A stretch of DNA of 64,000 nucleotides from the human T2T-CHM13v2.0 reference genome, Homo sapiens. Below the pieces are notes generated by a model. The model searched no databases, was not told where the DNA came from, and saw nothing but the letters and a program-made list of their open reading frames with translations. Of this stretch, positions 14,030-28,000 are shown piece by piece; the first letter of the stretch is position 1, and every line of letters begins with the position of its first letter. The stretch lies in assembly GCF_009914755.1 (NCBI RefSeq), contig NC_060927.1, one strand, 5' to 3'. A program made the translations under genes and the position numbers.

Positions 14030-15828
14030 AATATGCAAACTTATTCTTGGGCTCCTTTCTGCTATAGAGAAGGATAGATAGAAACTAAGAATAGAAGGAA
14101 GTAAAATGAAGTATTTCCTATTTATTCTATTTGAAGTGAATAAAAAAATAATATGGGTTAGTATTCACTTGTGAAGGGAAAAATAAATTTAAAACCCAGG
14201 ATGAAATAGAGATTGGATTTTAGGAAAGCAAGTAGAATGATAGAAGAGATGGATGTAAAGATGGAAGGAATTCTCAAAGCCCTTTTTATCTCTTTGTCTT
14301 TGGAAGCATTGATCCACCTATACAGCATATGTCTCACTAAATTACAGTTCCATAAACAAATAAATATATATATATATAATAAAAACAACACAGAAACTAT
14401 GTATGTGCGAATAACACTTCTGCCCAGTGATGCATTTGTGTATGAACACGGACTTATCCTGAGTCCTGTTTTATCATGGGACTGAGACAACTAATTCAGT
14501 ATTTGGAGAAAGGCAAAAATAACAATGGACAACAAAACAACTATAACACCAAGGCTCTGAGTTGGTGTTCTGTCACTGGGCAAGATAAGTTTCATTCATT
14601 GTTTGATAGAAAGGCCATCTTATTGCACTTATCGAAGCACTGATCCCTAGTCAATCCTTTGATAATGGCTTGAGAAGTAGCAGTTTAATACAACTACTCA
14701 AATTGGTCATATCATGCCCACTGGCTAATAGGGAGATGCAATTTCTCAATGAAGAATTAATCTAATTCGTCTTGACTATTTTTGAAGCAAAGGCCTTGAA
14801 CTACATTGATGATTTATGTTGCTGTTATCCATGGTGTTTTCTTGCCTTTGCTTTGTTTTTATTTAAAGACAGTAGGAATAACTATTCATCTCCTGGATAG
14901 TCCGTTATTTTCTGCATGATATTGAACCCCACAGGTTCAGGATACACAAATAATGTCCTCCTGTATGTGTAAGAATCTGTCCTAAGTAAGTGGCAGAAAA
15001 GACTATTCTATTAACATGATTTTAAAAAATAAAAATGAAACTTTGGTTTGCTATTTGATTTAAATGTCTTGGCAATAGTAAACTAATTTTTTTGTTTTGT
15101 TTTCTATTCTTTTATGAAACGAGCATTTTGGGCATAAATAACCTTTCAGAGTCAGGTAAATTATTTCTGGGGTTTATGACATGCTAATATGTTTCCTTGG
15201 ATTTCCTGAGTCCTTCTGGTGTTATTAAGTGTTGTCATTCATTCTTTGAACACTACTTAGAATTGCTCACTGTTCGCTCAAAGGTCATCACAGCACTTAA
15301 TAATTTCAGAAAGAGATAAGCAGGACAGAAGACCTTATCTGTATATCAAATGTGAGTTCATGTGTGACCTACTACACCAGCCAAACTGCTGTCCCTATCA
15401 ATCCTATCTCCACCTCATCTTATCCTTGACTGACACAGCACTGGATAAGAACCCCCACGGTTTCCCATTCTCATCCTGGCTTCCAAGTTGATTCCCTGTG
15501 TAACCTCTGACCAGCCACACTCTACCTAGTTCTTTATTTTCTTCCCTCAAGTGGGAAACCTGCCTCCATCTTAATAGAAAACTGAGAGAAGTAGAATATT
15601 CATGTAAGAAGCATTTAAAGAGAGATCATAATTACACATCAATCAATTCAAAAATTCAACCCCAGAAATACTTCTGGGTTTGTAGTCTTAGTCCAAGAAA
15701 GAAAAAGGAAATTAAACAACGAAACAACTTTAACACCAAGACTTTGAGTTGGCATTACTGCTCTCTTGGAGTAATCTACTTTAGAATATGGAATTATGAT
15801 CTATTTATTTTGAATTCACGTAACCCAC

Positions 15829-15897
15829 GGTAGGAAGATGTTTGACCATGGGTTAGAGGAATACCCCAGAGGACCACCAAGAGAAAGAGAAAGAGGC

Positions 15898-15967
<70 letters not shown>

Positions 15968-16206
15968 GTATATATGTATACATATGTATATATATATAAA
16001 ATTTTTATTTTGAATTATGTAATTACAGATATATATATCTATCTTTCTCTTTTTCTTTCTCTCTCTCTCTCTCTCTCTCTCTTTCGCTTTCTCTTAATGG
16101 TCGTCTGGGCTTATTCTTCTAATCCACGGTCAAACACCTTCCTAGCATGCATTGGTAAAAGGTGTTTGACCATAGGTTAGAAGAATAACCCCAGAGGACC
16201 ACTAAG
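15829..16206. repeat. Direct-inverted-direct triplication of a 50-65 bp unit
   Basis: GGTAGGAAGATGTTTGACCATGGGTTAGAGGAATACCCCAGAGGACCACCAAG at 15829 (+), inverted at about 16079-16144, direct again at about 16154-16206. Confidence 0.9.
15900..16082. repeat. Compound microsatellite (TA)n(CA)n...(CT)n
   Basis: About 24 TA units from 15900, about 10 CA units, AT-rich spacer, (CT)n at about 16059-16082. Confidence 0.97.
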
Positions 16207-17319
16207 GTTCCTCCAAGTTTAAGATTCTCCACTGCTTCCTATCTGTTATTTTCCATTTACAGCACTTCTCCTCTGTGTTCTCATTAAATGTTACCTCTTC
16301 ATTATAAATTATTTCAGAGTTTTCTGGACTGTTCTCTCTCACATTTAGGATACTATTTTCAAAGTTAACATTTCCCCCTACCCCACCTTCTAACTGCCTT
16401 TGAACTTCTCTCTGAGTTTCTATGCTTGGTTCATGTGCTAGAATTTGGCAAACATATAGTTTCTATTTTAACATGATTACAAATAATTGTTATTCCATTG
16501 TGTAGTTTGTACTTTTGTTTTTTCATTATTATCTTCCTGCTTTTGTCACTGGGATTTAGGTAATGGAAGAATAAGTAAATGACGGGAGCTCTCCAGAGTT
16601 GGGAATACAAAAGAAACAATGCTCATAAAACTGTTCATTTTCTATGTTTCAAATGTTATCTGACTGAAACGAATACCACTGTATTATTTATTTTTCATTC
16701 ATTTTTTTCTTATATCTTTTTCTAATGCCTAAAATATGGGTTCACATGAAATAAACATCCTCAAACCATGTGCTATAATTTCAGTAAATCATTTAAAACA
16801 CACATATTGAAGGTCTACAAGGTGCTGAACTAAGATTTTTCTCATCCCTCCACCTACTTAAAACTATGGTTTAGGTGAAGTTAAAATAATGAAACAGTGA
16901 GACAGAAATTTGTCACTGGATTTGGTAAATAAGGTGTTTTACTTCCTTGGCTTTTTTTTTTCTTTTCTCTTTTTGGTTAAACCATTTTCCAATCAAGGGC
17001 AATCTAGGCAAAAGGTTTTGTGCCTAAATGCAGTAAAAATAATTTGAAAGAATGATATAATTTATAGGCACGCTGTAGTCTTTTTCCCTCCTCACCATTA
17101 ACAAATGGGCAAAATTCATCTAGTTCATCAGGTACTGGTGTAGTTATACATAAAAAGTATATTTTTATAATTCAGAGGAATAACATCGAGTAAAAATAGC
17201 CAAAAAAAAAAAAACTGCTGCCCAGAGCAACTTTTATTTTTGTGCAGCTTAAAACTTTTGTTGTCTTTCTTATAAACACGGCCACAAAGGATTTAAAAAT
17301 AAATAAATAAATAAATAAA

Positions 17320-17598
17320 CAGGCTCTTGCTCTGTCACTAAGGCTGTAATGCAGTGGCATCATCATAGCTTACTGCAACCTTGAATTCACACACACAAGT
17401 GATTCTCCTGCCTCAGCCTCCTGCATAGCGGACACTACAGGTATGCACCATCATGCCTGGCTAATTAAAAAAAAAATTGATAGAGACAGGTCTCACTATG
17501 TTGTCCAGGCTGGTCTGGAACTCCTAGGCTCAAGCAATCCTCCCTCCTTGGCCTCCCAAAGTACTGGGATTACAAGCTTGAGCCACCACACCCTGCCC
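17320..17598 (-). mobile_element. Alu SINE, AluJ-type, antisense
   Basis: CAGGCTCTTGCTCTGTCAC...GGCTCAAGCAATCCTCC...CCCAAAGTACTGGGATTACAAGCTTGAGCCACC. Confidence 0.92.
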
Positions 17599-18683
17599 CA
17601 CCGCCCACATTTTTGTTTTCTCTATTCTTCTCTTTAAAATAATGTCTAAAAAAATTATGTTTAAGCAACCTTGGTCATTTTTATAGGAAAAATCCAATTT
17701 TGTGAGTGTGTGTGGGCATTGGGGGGAGTCTATAATTTAAAAGAAATGTTATTTACCTAATTAATTATTAAGCATGACAACAATAGAAAAAAATCACAGA
17801 ATTTCATTGCATTTTCCGTTTTTTTTTAAACCTCACTCTTTAGGTTTCATAGACTGCTGCAGAAAAATTGTGAAAGCCAAATAATATTCTTCCCAGACGT
17901 TTGCAGGCGGGACTGTGTGTAGAAATTCAAAATCTGCTTCTCAAGAAGACTAAATCATTGCTAGCAATAATGAGGTTGTCTACACTCCCCTTCTCTCCTC
18001 TCCTATATTTCCATCTCTAATTCCTACTTCTCTTCTCCCAATTTGAGACCTATTCATCAATTAATTTTATTTCCATAAAGGACAAACAGGTAGAAGATGT
18101 AGTAAGTGATAGAATCATTCTATACGTAACTGAATAAAACCAAATCAGGGGAAGATAGAATGGGTGAAATTATGTAAACTTTTCATTTCATTATGTAAAT
18201 TACGTAAAGTTTTTGAACTATGTATAATCACATGCATGAGGAGACAGAAAACAACCTTGAAAAACATGTTTCAAGGGTGACTAGACTGACACCAGGCTAT
18301 GTTTTAACATTAGCACTAATTGATTTGATGGATTCAACAGGCTTTTTCTTGTTGGATGTTTCTTTATATTCTAATTGGTTTATACTTTAATACATAAAAA
18401 AATCTTGTGAAAAGGTGCAAAGAGAGAATGACCTTTAAGTAGTAAATATCTGGATTGGAAATAAAACAAATGAACCCACCTGCTTCATTATGTTATAGGT
18501 GAGTGTGCCTCTGAAATCCTCAAAAACTACATTTGGAATTCAAAAAGATCAGTCTTTGCACAATTAGTCAACATTCAGAACGTATAGATTGTTTTAAGAA
18601 TTAGTTTAAGCTGGAAATAAATATAGTTCAAAAATTTAGAAATTTCATAAATAGCAAACATACAAAGCATTATTAAGAAAACA

Positions 18684-18940
18684 TTGTATGTTCTCACTGA
18701 TATGTGGGAGTTAAACTTTGAGGACACGAAGGCATAAGAATGATACAATGGACTTTGGGGACTTGCAGGGAAGGGTGGGAGGGAGGCGAGGGATAAAAGG
18801 CTGCAAACAGGGTGCAGCATATACTGCTGGGGTGATGGATGCACCAAAATCTCACACATCACCAATTAAGTACTTACATAACCAAATACCACCTGTACCC
18901 CAATAACCTATGGAAAAATTAAAAAAAAGAAAAAAAAAAA
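18684..18940 (+). mobile_element. 5'-truncated L1 3' end (L1PB-like) with poly-A and TSD
   Basis: TGTTCTCACTGATATGTGGGAG...GGCATAAGAATGATACAATGGACTTTGGGGAC...AATAACCTATGGAAAAA; AAGAAAACA at 18675 and 18941. Confidence 0.9.
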
Positions 18941-19619
18941 AAGAAAACAGGGTCCTTGCAGGAGATATTGAAGCTAAAAGATTGAAGTCTGCAAAGAAAA
19001 CCCATAAAAAATAAAGTGTGAGCCCAACCACATGGGGCTGGCCCAGTAGGACAATTCTTATTGAGAGCATCCTAGACAACCTGCTGAGAAAGGCAGACAG
19101 GCAGTGACCGTTACTGAATGGACCAATTAACAAGGGTCCCTAAGGAGGGGCTTTGGAATGAACAGTATTGCAGTGCACTCACGTTTCTCAGGTTTGTTGA
19201 CAGTCATGATTGTGGCAGATCCTGTCTGATTATAAGCGAGTACACATGGAGCAGAAGACAGAGCTCTAGATGAATCAAGAACAGAGGCAGTAGTGGCAGT
19301 AGGACACTCAGTCCATGCATCAATGGATACCTGAGGGATCATCAAACACCATAAAATAGAACATGGCCTCTGATAAGAGATGTCAAATAATATTAGCTCT
19401 GTAAAAATAAATTAATTATAAGGCTCCAGTAGGGAGTTTCATGTGGTCAGCATGGGCTGATATTACCTAATTATTGTCAGCTAAACTTCTTGATTCAGAT
19501 AATTAGCTGAAATTTCCAAGTATGTAGCACCACTCTAGGCATAAGAATTTCCAGGGCTGTTTGGTCCTAATAATTGTTCAACATTCTTTGAATATAAGAA
19601 TTCATTTGCTCATCTTGTG

Positions 19620-19915
19620 TTTTTTTTTTTTGAGACAGAGTCTCGCTCTGTCGCCCAGGCTGGAGTGCAGTGGCGTGATCTCGGCTCACTGCAGCCTCCG
19701 TCTCCCAGGTGCACGCAATTTCTCCTGCCTCAGCCTCCCGAGTGGCTGGGACCACAGGCGCCCACCACCACGCCTGGCTAATTTTTTTGTATTTTTTAGT
19801 AGAGACGGGGTTTCACCATGTTAGCCAGAATGGTCTGGATCTCCTGACCTCCTGATCTGCCGGCCTCAGCCTCCCAAAGTGCTGGGATTACAGGCGTGAG
19901 CCACTGCGCCCGGCC
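19620..19915 (-). mobile_element. Full-length Alu (AluSc/Y-type), antisense
   Basis: Poly-T, GAGACAGAGTCTCGCTCTGTCGCCC...GCCACTGCGCCCGGCC; TSD-like TGCTC(A/T)TCTT on both sides. Confidence 0.96.
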
Positions 19916-22900
19916 TGCTCTTCTTATTTTTATACATCTGTTTAAAGAGTGTAACCACAATCTGCCTACCTATTTAAATACTGCATTTCAGAGCTGTTTA
20001 ACGGTTACCTGTTGTAAAGGTTGTGGCTGTCCCTGGACAAATATATCGATTATTTAGAGAACCATGAGAGACTCAGCCTGCTCTTATTTTCATCATATAA
20101 AAGATGAAAATTATGTTTGCTGCTTAATAAAAGAAATTGTCCTATCTTTTAGACACTTGCATATTAGTACTGTAATATACAAGATGTCACTGCAATGTCT
20201 AATAATTACTGTAACACTATTTAACATTATCTGTACAAGATATTGTGCTGATGAAACTGCACATTTAGGAGAGAAACTGAAAGCAATAATCCTATAATAA
20301 AAGTGAAGTGTATTAAAGAGGGAAAGCACTATTACTACAGGTAAAATCCTTTGAGAGTGCTCTTATTTATAATTTAGTCCTAGCAGGACAACCCTTCTGT
20401 GTGCTGATTATCAGAGCAATTCTAGCTTTGGGGAGCAAAAAATGTCACAAACACACCCGGAAGCTGAAATAAGCTTTTCCTTTCATGTGATTTAAGAGCT
20501 ATTGTCACTTTGTGGAACTCTAAACATTATTCCATTCAATAATTCGGCTCCTAGATTATATATTGTCTAGGTTTCCTCTTCCTGCTATTTACTACTAAGG
20601 ACATTTAAATGAAACTATTAGCTGATTTTTTTACTGCTTGTTCTCCACCTGAAGTTATTATCCTCAATTCATAATATCATACTCATCTGCAAAACAACCA
20701 AGCAGGAACATAAATTCAGTTGGGAGAAATAAACAAGAGAAATGGAAAGCAGAAAAAGCCAGGAGGAGCAGGGTCTCTGATGGGCACAATTATGACTGTT
20801 TTCATCTTTAAATTGCAGAGTTTACTTTAGCTTTGAAGTAACTGAAAGTTACTTCCATTGTGACATAACTGTGGCCTTAGATAATGACAGGAACCCCTTT
20901 TGTGTCATGAAAATATCTAGTAAAGTTAGCTCTTTTGATGATAATATTATCCACGCTTAATGTGAATAAAGTTAAAACTCAACACCTAGCACATTGCTGT
21001 TGCTCAGTAGATTTTTGTTGAATAGATATTTGATAAATACAATTTTATTAAATAGATTATAATGGATATCTGCCAAATTAAGTGTTTTGTTGATACTTTT
21101 ATATTTACTCATCTGTCTCAAAGAAGATGGATAGCTATGTTAGCCTAAAGTCACCTGCTCCAAGGGCAGCCAAGGAAACTCCTATTCTGCTAGTGCCCTG
21201 GGAGAATACATATGTAGCTTCATTCTATAAAACTATCGGCAAGTTTATGTACCTAGTTTTTGCTTTTTCTGTAGGAGAATTTTCATTAACATTCTTTTTG
21301 CTAGTACTTGCCATTTAAATAAAATTTGGACATGAATCACAGGAATGCATTCACCAATTTTTCAATCCTACATTTTAAAAGTATGTTAATTCTATGTGTC
21401 CCTGGGAAAGAGAGGGACAGAGGGAGCCCTGAGAGAGTGAGAGAGCCTTCTGTCTTGCCCTCAAACAATACATATCACTTCTTAATAAATTACCAGTCAC
21501 AAGGAGTTCCTCTTTAGAGGAGAAAGTACAATCACACAAGAGCACTGCCTAAAGCAAAATGGCCTCCTTCTCACTGCAAGGCCTGATTTCCAACTAGGCT
21601 TTCCAAAATGATGGCATGCCCTGGCTACTAGCTTTCTTGGCTGTCCAGAAAGTATACTTCTCTCCTTGTATAAACATCACATCTTCAATATAACTCTAGT
21701 CTTTGACTAAAGCCAGGTGTAGAAGAGTAGGGAGCCTATTCTATCTACTCTCATGTGAAAGATTCTCTACACTGATTTTTGCTTGTGCTAGTCTCAAATA
21801 TTGAAAAGTGGTACAAATTTTTCATATTTGGAAAATATGTGCTTGCCTAAAGAAACAATATTCTTGGTTATTATATTTTATTGCTTGTAATTATTGTAGA
21901 CATAAAATTATGTTCAGTAATAATACTGTCACATGTAGATTGCTGACTGCTGAGTATATATTATCTGTATTGAATTTTGAAAATCTGTTTTCATATACAA
22001 CATAAAAATGTCATTGAAAATGATAAGCATTTTCCCAAAATTCCAAAAGTTAATGATTATTGAACTCTGCTATAAATGATTTTCATATGTCATATGATAG
22101 ATTAGCTGCACTTGCCCATTTTTTCAATGTCAACTGTTCTAGTAAATGTTAATAATACATTGAAAACATTTACTATTATTTAAGTTCAATACCAGTTAAG
22201 AAACAATCATTAAAAAATCCGAGTTGGGCCAAATATTATGTCTGTAATACAGGCATTTACATGGGATTATTCACACATAAAAAAATAAATACTGGTGGCT
22301 TTAATTACTGATGATGCTTGTAAACTTTTCACTCTGGTGTAACGTAAGAGAAAACAGAATCTGATCAGAAACATTTACACCATGAAGACAAAAAAATAGA
22401 AAGTACAGTAGTATTAAATCAATACATAACAACTTTTTAATCTTCACATATTTCACCGAAATCACATTAGTTCCCACCATGATAACTGAGTGAAGAAAGC
22501 ATGGCATATATTTTCACTACAGAGATGAAGACATGGAGGTTCTGAGCAATGAAGCGTCTCAGGATCACATGACCCCTGAGCAGACCTGAAGAGACCTGAA
22601 CTCAACTTCCTGAGCCTTAGTCCTCTGCTTTCTTTCTTGTATTAAACTGAGAAAGAGGGACATTTTCAAGGACTTGGCGACTGAGATTTTCAATTGATAT
22701 GCACCACATTGCTCTCCTTCCCTAAAGCAGCTTGGCTGCGGGTCAGGATTCAATCAACTGAAAACAGACCCAGTATTGGCATCTATTTCTATGGTGCTGG
22801 CCAGGGAGTTTTTAAAATGCTGTGCTATTCGATGATACTTAGGGCCTGGGGTTTCTGAACAAACTTTCATAGACTTGGAAATAAACATCTTCTGAGAATG

Positions 22901-23189
22901 TGATTTACTTACAGGAGAGGGCAACTGACAGCATTTGCTAGGTGACTGGCTAATATCCAGGGGCTTCTCCTTCTTTCCAACAGTCGTGGTTCACTCTATC
23001 ATGATTCTCAGTTTGTTCTTCTCTAGCCAGTGAAAGTGGCCATTCGGCACAAACTTAAGCAGTGGATTGCAAGTAACATGCTGCCTCTTACAGAAAGCCC
23101 AGAATAGTGTGATAGTTTTTTTCTGACATAACACCCATCTAATGAGTAAAAGAAATGATTCTATCCTCAATAAACTGGAAGACATTGAA

Positions 23190-23510
23190 CACACAAATGA
23201 AAAAGGAGGAGAAAGAGAAAGAAAAGGGAAGGAAAGAAAAAGAATGGGAAGAGACAGGAAGGAAAGAGTGAAAGGAAAATAGATGCAAATGATAGAATAA
23301 AGGTGAAAGAAAAACCAGCAGTTGCAAACTTGGAAAAAATACAGGCATGAGAGCTAAGGGATTCCTGAAACAAAGGAAGACATGAAGTACAGAAAATTAG
23401 AACAGAAGATATTTGTGAAGGAGAATTTTGAGGGTGTTTGAAGAGGGGAAAAGAAGGACATTAAAGATGTATGGATGCCGAGGAATAGAGGCAGGGGAGG
23501 ATAAGTTATA
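23190..23510. repeat. Purine-rich (GA) low-complexity tract
   Basis: GAAAAAGGAGGAGAAAGAGAAAGAAAAGGGAAGG... strongly A/G biased. Confidence 0.8.
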
Positions 23511-26009
23511 TCTCCTTTGAAACTTTTGCCTTCTATTTTTCAAGTTTCACCTGGGCTGACATCTTGCTGTTTTCAAAGAGAAGTGCTTATTAGAAAAATT
23601 GGTGAGACAATCCTTAGTATACCTTCCTTTGCATTCATGACAATTACTCATTTTATAATTAGAAAGAATGACAGCTATCATAACTGATAAATGCAAACAG
23701 AGGAGCCATATTTCATCTTTACAACTGCCAGATTCAGACGTGGTAGTTAGAAGGTGCATTAAACCACCAACTGTGAAAATAAACATGATGACACCACCTT
23801 ACAGAACTTAGTTGTGGGAACTAAGCATGACTATGAAAGCATGTTGTAATATAGAAGATACACAAATAATAAAATGCTATTACTATTATTACTTTCAGCA
23901 CAAATACAAATCTAAGAGCCCATCTCTTCATGTTAAATAGATACTCTTAAATCAAAAGCCATTAGTTATCTTTTGAGAGGAATATGATTTCATTTAGAGT
24001 GTCACAGCATTCTGAAGCATATTACCCTCCTCCCCACATTTAAAGTTTCTGTGGCTGTTGGGTATTTCCCCACGTTGTCTATGACATATTTTAGTACTAA
24101 CCAACAAATGTTAGTTACACTGACATCTTGAGAGGTACCAATCTGAAATGAAAACATCCATCTTCACATTAACAACTTTTTAATTAACCTTCTGACACTG
24201 TCAATAAGAAGTTTCACTGTTGTTGTGGAAAGGGATGCTATTTAAGTGATTACACATGTGCTGCTGCTTTGTTTATTTTCTATAAGAAAATCAAGATGCT
24301 CTTTAAAAACATCTTCACCTGTTACTAAAAGTGAGGGTAATTTTGGTAAACTTCCATGCTCGGAAAACAGACTGCGCTCATGCTGGGCAGGACTTCATTG
24401 AAATAGTGAGAGTTTGGTTTGATGTTACAAGGACAGAGGGAAAAATGCAGAGGAAAGGGGATAGCAGTGACTGTCAGAGTTGTTTGCCTTTGATTTCCCT
24501 CAACCCCAGTTTTGTAAGAGCAAGAATACCATGTAAATATCCAAAATATATCTTGGGGAGGCAGCCCCCTGGAAACAGCTTATAGTTTTAGGATTTGAAA
24601 AAAAAAATCTGTTCTTTTAACTAGTGGCACATAAATTCTTCATTAAAAGTAATTTAACTGACATCAGTCTGTCATTGTAACATTCTTTTTTTCTTAATAT
24701 GTTCTTTTCTTTGAAGCATCTCCTTGTGAAACACGTAGTTGTGATATACCTTTCTTAAATGGCTTCAGTGTAGCAGTAATAGGAAACACATCTTCCATGT
24801 CCCTTACGTAGTCTCTATACATGGATGCCTCCAGTCTCTCAATCCCACATTTTCTGACATGTGGATTTTAACTATAAGCAGACAACAACGGAGCAACCAC
24901 AGCAAAAAATGCTCTGGAATGTAACTAAGCTAAGGATGTTGTGATACATCTTTTTATCAAATAGAAGGTTTCCCATTAACTTAGGAATCCCAGTGATACT
25001 CCCCCCACCCCCCAAAAAAATGAGAGGCTCATAACCCATTTTACAGTTGACATTGAGACCTAAACAGAAGCTGATGTCTTTCTGCTAGGCAAGACAAACC
25101 TGAGGCAAATTCATGAAACTGCTGTGCTCCTTGTCAGTGTCCTTCTCAGGGCCTTACTCTCTCCCCTGTCTGTCTCCCAGCAAGGTGCTTCTTACCCTCA
25201 TCCTGCTCTTGCCCACCCATGACCCTATCAAGATTCCATAACAAGTTGCCCTTCCTTGGCAGCTGGCCACCTTCTATAAGCATCTCCCTGCTCTCCCACC
25301 TATGACAGGAGGGTAGTACTAGCAGCTGTAACAGTAAGTAAGGTAAAACGTTTCCAGTTCTTCTTACTCTTCCTCCCTCCCCAAAGTCCCAATCCCAGAA
25401 AAATGATTTAGAAAAGTAAAGAAAGAGAGGAAAAAAAAAGTACCTAGAATTTCAGAAAAAAAAGAAGAAAGAAAGAAAGGAGGAAAAGTACCTATAACTC
25501 CAGAATTTTGAAGTACCTAGTTACGTGTTCATCGGTGCTATTTGAAGAAATATATGATACAATTATGAAGATAAAATAAACCATGACAAGTATACAGTTG
25601 TTGAGTGGGAAGAATGGGAGAGGGAAATAAGGAAAAGGCATCCCTTTTCCCTGACTGAATTACACTTTAGCATGAGATAGAGGAAAAAACTATTGACTAA
25701 TATGGCTTGACAGTTTACTTTTCAATAAAGTCTAAGTTTTGTGCTTAAAGTTACCTTAGGGCTGACTTTTTCTTATCTAACCTCATCTGGCTACGTTACT
25801 TTAGGGCTAGCTTTGTATTATCTAAGACAGACCAGAAAATTCCTGGTCAAGGGCATAAGAGAATAATCCCAGTGAATAAATTTTAAAGAGATTCTGGGAA
25901 TCAAAAAATAAAGATGGCTTATAATGAACCCTATGAATCTTGTGTTTTGTAAGAGCCAGATGGAGGTTGTGACGGTATGTGCCTAATGAAAATGGCACTT
26001 TCCTCCTCA

Positions 26010-26285
<276 letters not shown>

Positions 26286-27419
26286 TCAACTTATTTCTTT
26301 GATATAAGTTTGTGATTGTTTTAATATGTGGTCAGGAGGAGAAGACCAGGATGCATGTAAAAAATATTTTCATAGTTTATGACTTCTAAAATTGAAGATG
26401 GTAAAGGTGATTAGGAGGCTGATGATTTTAGAGCCCCTCCACTAAGAGATCTATTGTTTCATGCCTGAAGTTGCTTACCTGTAAGTCATGTTCCCTCTTG
26501 TAGGGCAATTTACTACCTTGGTGTTTAAATTCAAAGTTCTATGCCAAAAAATAATGTTTTTAAAAATATATTAATCTCACACATCTATCATTATGAAACC
26601 AGTATAGTTTTGTGATTCTTTTTTAAAAATAATTTTTGTCTAGGAGATAATGTATACATTCTTTAGGCTTCAAAAGGACCTTGGAAGGCATGCAATTTGC
26701 TAGTAATGCATTTGCATGATTCTGGTTTAACAATTAACAATAAATTTCATCATCTCCAAGGCTACTATATCATAGAAGCTGTGGACCATTTCTCAGAAAT
26801 GCAGCCTATCTTCTTTCTTCCCACCAGGTGAAATCTCTATGTTTCACCCTTAACTCCAAACCAAGGCATTTACACTTTTTGGTATTGATGGAAGGATAAA
26901 CCCTGCATTTAATTCCTTGATGGCTGTCATCCTGCTGTATATAAGACAGCCCACCAGGAAATCACTTCTATCTCATGGGCTCTCAATCCAAAGAACACAA
27001 AGGATGGTTTCCAAACTTCAGAATCCTTCTAAAATGACCAATTCCATCTGAAATTCAACTACGTGATTTCTAAAAATGATCAAGTCCACAAGTTCATCCA
27101 GAATACCAAAGCATCTAGTTGTCTCTTCATCAGTGCTATTTGAAGAAATATAAAATATGACACAATTATGAAAAGAAAATATACAATGGCAAGTATATGT
27201 TCTAAGACATCTTTGCATTGTGGTGAAGTACCTTTGAGTAGTAAATGACTGAATGATGTTGCTACTTTCAAAGACAAATAACAGAAACAACAAAGAAAGC
27301 AAAGGTCTAAATCTCAAAGTCAAGACTGAAATCGTTGATCACTACGACTGGTTTGAAGCTTGAGTGTTAGGGCTGGCTCAGCTCCAAATTGGCTGAGTGG
27401 TTCTGAACTCCCTTCAACT

Positions 27420-28000
27420 TCCCCATCCCCATTTGCACCAGGCGATCTTTTAAAATGTAAATAATCCCATATCACTGTTCTGCAATGGCCTCCCGTCACT
27501 CATGGAATAAAATCACAACTTCTGATTGGCCTATGTCTCTACAGGAGGTGATCGAGACCTATCTTCAGGAACCCCATCTCCCACCAGACTCTGTCTCCCT
27601 TTTTCTCTTATAGATATATGGGTGAGTCTGCCAATCCTCAGGCAGCCCAAGCCTATCCATGCCAGGTAACCTTCGTAAATGTCATTTCTTCTCCCTGGAA
27701 TGTTTTACCTCCAAACTTTTGCATGGCTCATTCCCTCTTCTTTCAGGACTCTGCTCTAATGTAACTGCTCCTGAGAAATGTGTATTTTTTTTTTTAAAGG
27801 ATAGTTTCTAAAACATCTCCCATTCCTTGTGCTTTCATTTTCATCCCAGAATTTATATAGAAACAAGTGATGGTATTTGCTGTCTTTTCTCATTAGAATG
27901 TAAAAGTCATGAAAATAGTTACTTTGCTTCCAAACTGTGGCATTCCCTAGTGTCTAGAATCAGGCTAGGTGCATAGCAAGTGCTCATTAAATGTCAATGG
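27420..28000 (+). mobile_element. L2 LINE 3' remnant
   Basis: GATCTTTTAAAATGTAAA...CAATGGCCTCCC...GGAATAAAATC...CCCTGGAATG...CCCTAGTGTCTAGAA...CATAGCAAGTGCTCATTAAATG. Confidence 0.75.

Noticed and set aside
20836-20856. Short hairpins (GAAGTAACT-GAA-AGTTACTTC; similar ones near 36200, 37910 and 40510)
   Set aside because: Stems of 7-10 bp are expected by chance in 64 kb; bacterial terminator logic does not apply
23139-23373. Hydrophobic Phe/Ser-rich ORFs
   Set aside because: Artefact of the purine-rich low-complexity tract
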